64,000 bases of DNA. Origin: Cyanobacteria bacterium P01_F01_bin.150 (GTDB lineage: Bacteria > Cyanobacteriota > Cyanobacteriia > CAKZMO01). Each line of letters begins with the position of its first letter. Within the stretch, counting starts at the first letter, position 1. Below, piece after piece: positions 61,063 through 64,000 of the stretch. The stretch lies in the NCBI GenBank assembly GCA_039189765.1, contig JBCCYL010000004.1:17348-81347 (forward strand). Reading direction: 5' to 3'. The notes under the pieces are model-generated. The model worked only from the letters and a program-made list of their open reading frames with translations, was not told where the DNA came from and searched no databases. Made by a program: the position numbers and the translations under genes.

Positions 61063-63351
61063 ATGATTTGCTGCCTTAATGCACACTGCCAGAAGCCTCT
61101 CAATTCCGATGGTGATAAGACTTGTCGGAGCTGTGGGGCACCATTGGTTAATGCATTGCGCAATCGATATCGCCCTGTTCGGCTGATTGGCCAAGGAGGC
61201 TTTGGCCGCACCTATTTGGCACAAGATAAAGACCGTCTGAATGCAAAATGTGTAATCAAACAATTTTCGCCTCAGGTTCGGACATCCAATGCGATGAACA
61301 AAGCTGTCAGCTTGTTTAATCAGGAGGCAATGCGTTTATATGAATTGGGGGAGCATCCCCAGATTCCAGCTCTGCTGGCATATTTTGAGCAGGACGGCTA
61401 TCTCTATCTGGTTCAACAGTACGTAGCAGGACAGAGCCTGGCTCAGGAACTTGTCCGACAGGGACCTTTAACAGAAGGCCAAATTCGCGCTATCCTAGCA
61501 GATTTATTGCCTGTTCTCCAATTTGTGCATGGGCACCAGGTGATTCACCGCGATATTACTCCCATGAACATTTTGCGTCGTAAAACGGATGGGCGAATGG
61601 TTTTGATTGACTTTGGGGTCGCCAAACAACTTAGTGTAGAAATGCCAGCTCAGCAGGGTACCAGAATTGGAACTGAGGGGTATTCCCCAATTGAACAATT
61701 TCGGGGTGGCCGAGCCTATCCGGCCAGTGACTTATATAGTGTGGGGGCAACCTGTTTACATCTATTGACAAATACTCGGCCTGATTATTTATATGATCCC
61801 TTAAATGGAGAGTGGATTTGGCAAGCTCAACTAGCGGAACAAAAGCGATCGCTCACCCCTGGATTAACCGCTATTTTGGACAAAATGCTTAAGGATCTGG
61901 TGAATGAGCGATATCAATCGGCCAATGAAGTTTTAGATTCTTTAGAACGCTTAGCTCCTGTCAAAACTTCATCGATACCAAAGGGGACTACAAATCAACC
62001 AGGTTCTTGGTCAGAGTCTGAAAGTAATACGGGAAACAGTCAAGGAGCAAATGCTAGCGACCACCAAGGAACAGTGGTATCTCCCTCAGGGGAACGAATC
62101 TTTTATCCAATGCGATTGCCATCTAGAGCACCAATATCGAAACCACCCGACCCATCATCTTCAATACATAACTCTTCACCCCAGAGTCGCACACCTTTGA
62201 CACCCAGTCGGCCACCTAGTGGACCACTCAGTCGCCCTCCCCTGCCGCCAAGTCGGCCACCCAGCGGACCAGGGCTATCAGGGCAACGTTCCGGTGGCCC
62301 CCCGAGATTCAAAACCTCCTCCTCCCCGAATCGCTCCCTCCGATCTTCTCCCCGTCGTTCAACTCCGCCCCCTCCCCCCTCCCGCCCTCCTTATGCAGCA
62401 TCAGCTCCCCCAATGGCGGCAGCGTCTGTCCCTTTGCGACAGGATGGTATTTCCTCTACTTCAAAACAATGTTTGTGCCTATATACGTTGAATGCTCATG
62501 CCTCATGGATAACGGCTGTCACCACCAGCCCGGCACTATCTATTTTTGCAAGTAGCGGCTTGGATGATGTCGTCAAAGTTTGGAATTTTCGAACCGGTGA
62601 GTTGATGTTTACCCTGAAAGGCCATACAGGGGGCATCAATACAGCATCCTTTTCTCCCAACGGTAAATTATTGCTTAGCGGCAGTGACGATTACAGCATC
62701 AAAATGTGGGATGCAGCTTCAGGTAAGCTACTCCGCACATTAGTTGGGCACAGCCGAGATGTGACAAGCGTAGTGGTCAGTGCTGATGGCAAATATGTTC
62801 TCAGTGGTGGGGCCGATCGGGCTATTCGGATTTGGGATATTGGGTCTGGAAACTTACTTAAAGTTCCGTTTGGTGTGGCCAGTATTGTACGGTCCGTTGC
62901 GGTTAGTAATGATGGTCAGGTATTTGTCAGCGGTGGCCTTGATCGTAAAATCAAGCTGTGGGGCATGAAAAGCGCGACATTAGCGAGAGAATGGACGGCT
63001 CATCGGGCTGCTGTCACAGCAGTGGCCGTGAGTGCAAACAATCAGATGATCGTTAGTGCAGGCAAGGATAGAATGATCAAGCTATGGGACTTGCAAACAG
63101 GTAAGCTAATTCGAGATTTTAAGGGACATAAGCAAGAGGTAAATGCGATCGCTCTTACTCCAAATAATCAACATCTAATTAGCGGCAGCCGTGATGCGTC
63201 CATTCGGATCTGGGATACGTCCAATGGTAAGACAATTGATGTTATCACCGACCATTCCGCTAGCGTGAACGCGATCGCAATTCATAAACAGGGTAAGCAC
63301 TTTATCAGTGGCAGCTCCGACCTTACCATTCGGGTGTGGCAGTTTCGTTAA
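61063..63351 (+). CDS. Ser/Thr protein kinase with N-terminal zinc ribbon, Pro-rich linker and C-terminal 7x WD40 repeats
   Basis: C-x2-C...C-x2-C; kinase subdomains (HRDITPMNIL, DFG, GTEGYSPIE); WD repeats. Confidence 0.85.
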   Translation: MICCLNAHCQKPLNSDGDKTCRSCGAPLVNALRNRYRPVRLIGQGGFGRTYLAQDKDRLNAKCVIKQFSPQVRTSNAMNKAVSLFNQEAMRLYELGEHPQIPALLAYFEQDGYLYLVQQYVAGQSLAQELVRQGPLTEGQIRAILADLLPVLQFVHGHQVIHRDITPMNILRRKTDGRMVLIDFGVAKQLSVEMPAQQGTRIGTEGYSPIEQFRGGRAYPASDLYSVGATCLHLLTNTRPDYLYDPLNGEWIWQAQLAEQKRSLTPGLTAILDKMLKDLVNERYQSANEVLDSLERLAPVKTSSIPKGTTNQPGSWSESESNTGNSQGANASDHQGTVVSPSGERIFYPMRLPSRAPISKPPDPSSSIHNSSPQSRTPLTPSRPPSGPLSRPPLPPSRPPSGPGLSGQRSGGPPRFKTSSSPNRSLRSSPRRSTPPPPPSRPPYAASAPPMAAASVPLRQDGISSTSKQCLCLYTLNAHASWITAVTTSPALSIFASSGLDDVVKVWNFRTGELMFTLKGHTGGINTASFSPNGKLLLSGSDDYSIKMWDAASGKLLRTLVGHSRDVTSVVVSADGKYVLSGGADRAIRIWDIGSGNLLKVPFGVASIVRSVAVSNDGQVFVSGGLDRKIKLWGMKSATLAREWTAHRAAVTAVAVSANNQMIVSAGKDRMIKLWDLQTGKLIRDFKGHKQEVNAIALTPNNQHLISGSRDASIRIWDTSNGKTIDVITDHSASVNAIAIHKQGKHFISGSSDLTIRVWQFR

Positions 63352-63454
63352 AATGTTGTCAATGTGCATGTCGTCAATGTGCAATTCGGCCCAAGCCAAT
63401 GAGGTAACTTTTAGATTATCCTTTGGATAGGAGGAGAGGTTGGGAGCAATTTCC

Positions 63455-64000
63455 ATGGGTAAAGGCTTAAAAGCAGTAATTTTTAACTTTAATGGTGTCA
63501 TCATCAACGATGAAGCTTTACATCAGGCGCTGCTAGAAAAAGTGTTGCTTGAGGAGAATATTCAACTCAGATTTGGCGAATATCGGGAGGTGGGTCTTGG
63601 GAAAAGCGATCGCGCCTGCTTTGATAATTTCCTGACAAGCCGAGGACGAGCGTTTACAGATGCAACCTTAGATCTTCTGGTTCAACGCAAGTCTCAGTAC
63701 TATCAAAATGAGATCACTACCCTAACTCCCCTCCCAATCTACTCAGGTGTCGAAGATATTATCTTTCGGTTTAGAGCGTTACAGCTTCCGCTGGCTATTG
63801 TCAGTGAGGCAGGGCGGCGTGAAATTCAAATTGTGTTAGACCGTTCGGGACTAGCAACCCATTTCTCAGTCATTGTGGATGGAGAGGACATTCCCCTCAA
63901 CAAACCGGACCCAACGGGGTTATTAATGGCAATGGAACAGCTTAATAGGTCCTTTCCGACTCTAGGGCTAGAACCATCAAATTGTTTGGTTATTGAAGAT
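63455..64000 (+). CDS. HAD-superfamily hydrolase (beta-phosphoglucomutase-like), 3'-truncated by window edge
   Basis: VIFNFNGVIINDE (motif I DxD-like) ... open to end of window. Confidence 0.55.
   Translation, partial: MGKGLKAVIFNFNGVIINDEALHQALLEKVLLEENIQLRFGEYREVGLGKSDRACFDNFLTSRGRAFTDATLDLLVQRKSQYYQNEITTLTPLPIYSGVEDIIFRFRALQLPLAIVSEAGRREIQIVLDRSGLATHFSVIVDGEDIPLNKPDPTGLLMAMEQLNRSFPTLGLEPSNCLVIED

Overview
This window looks cyanobacterial chromosomal DNA: the HIP1 octamer GCGATCGC recurs throughout, and the genes include plastocyanin, Ycf23, Ycf49-like, Ycf66-like, a neutral invertase and a DevBC-type exporter. Most of the window is ordinary housekeeping and envelope genes. These include ppk1, radA, coaBC, speA, petE, pyrR, type-2 IDI, a ugd/uxs UDP-xylose pair, NDH-2, an aldo-keto reductase, Hsp20, a type IV pilin, an RTX-type Ca-binding protein, a large beta-helix surface protein, and a Ser/Thr kinase with WD40 repeats.

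The exceptional feature is a dense array of about 37 tRNA or tRNA-like genes on the + strand, tightly packed at 6331-10545. It sits between an HNH-endonuclease gene cluster upstream and a NADAR/YbiA gene plus an unknown basic protein downstream. Reading the cloverleaves by eye, the array carries anticodons for 19 amino acids and shows three unusual properties:

- Five paralogous tRNAs (8138-8940) share one backbone, a short variable arm (class I) and A73. Together they carry exactly the five leucine anticodons TAG, CAG, TAA, CAA and GAG, with compensatory changes in the anticodon stem.
- Four tRNAs (Val-TAC, Arg-TCG, Ser-CGA, Ser-GGA) each carry a homologous 27-nt insertion inside the T-loop. 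The insertion folds into two small hairpins and shows base-pair covariation between copies.
- The array contains degenerate tRNA-like copies (His-like, Ala-like, Glu-CUC-like), internal segmental duplications (a His+Ser unit, a Gln(CUG) unit and the Leu-like unit), and rare anticodons such as Arg-GCG and Arg-TCG.

Other observations:

- A dispersed family of composite palindromic repeats (a gtttcgttttaaggcgaaac module plus a GC-rich palindrome) has at least 10 intergenic copies.
- Several unrelated genes carry in-frame short tandem repeats (ppk, a phosphoesterase, a GTPase, a membrane protein), and a similar repeat lies upstream of speA.
- A STRR-like heptamer repeat is present.
- Two DevC-like permeases are tandem and translationally coupled, with DevB but no adjacent ATPase.
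- A perfect 15-bp hairpin lies upstream of the beta-helix protein gene.

All coordinates were counted by eye and may be off by a few nucleotides. No homology searches were run.
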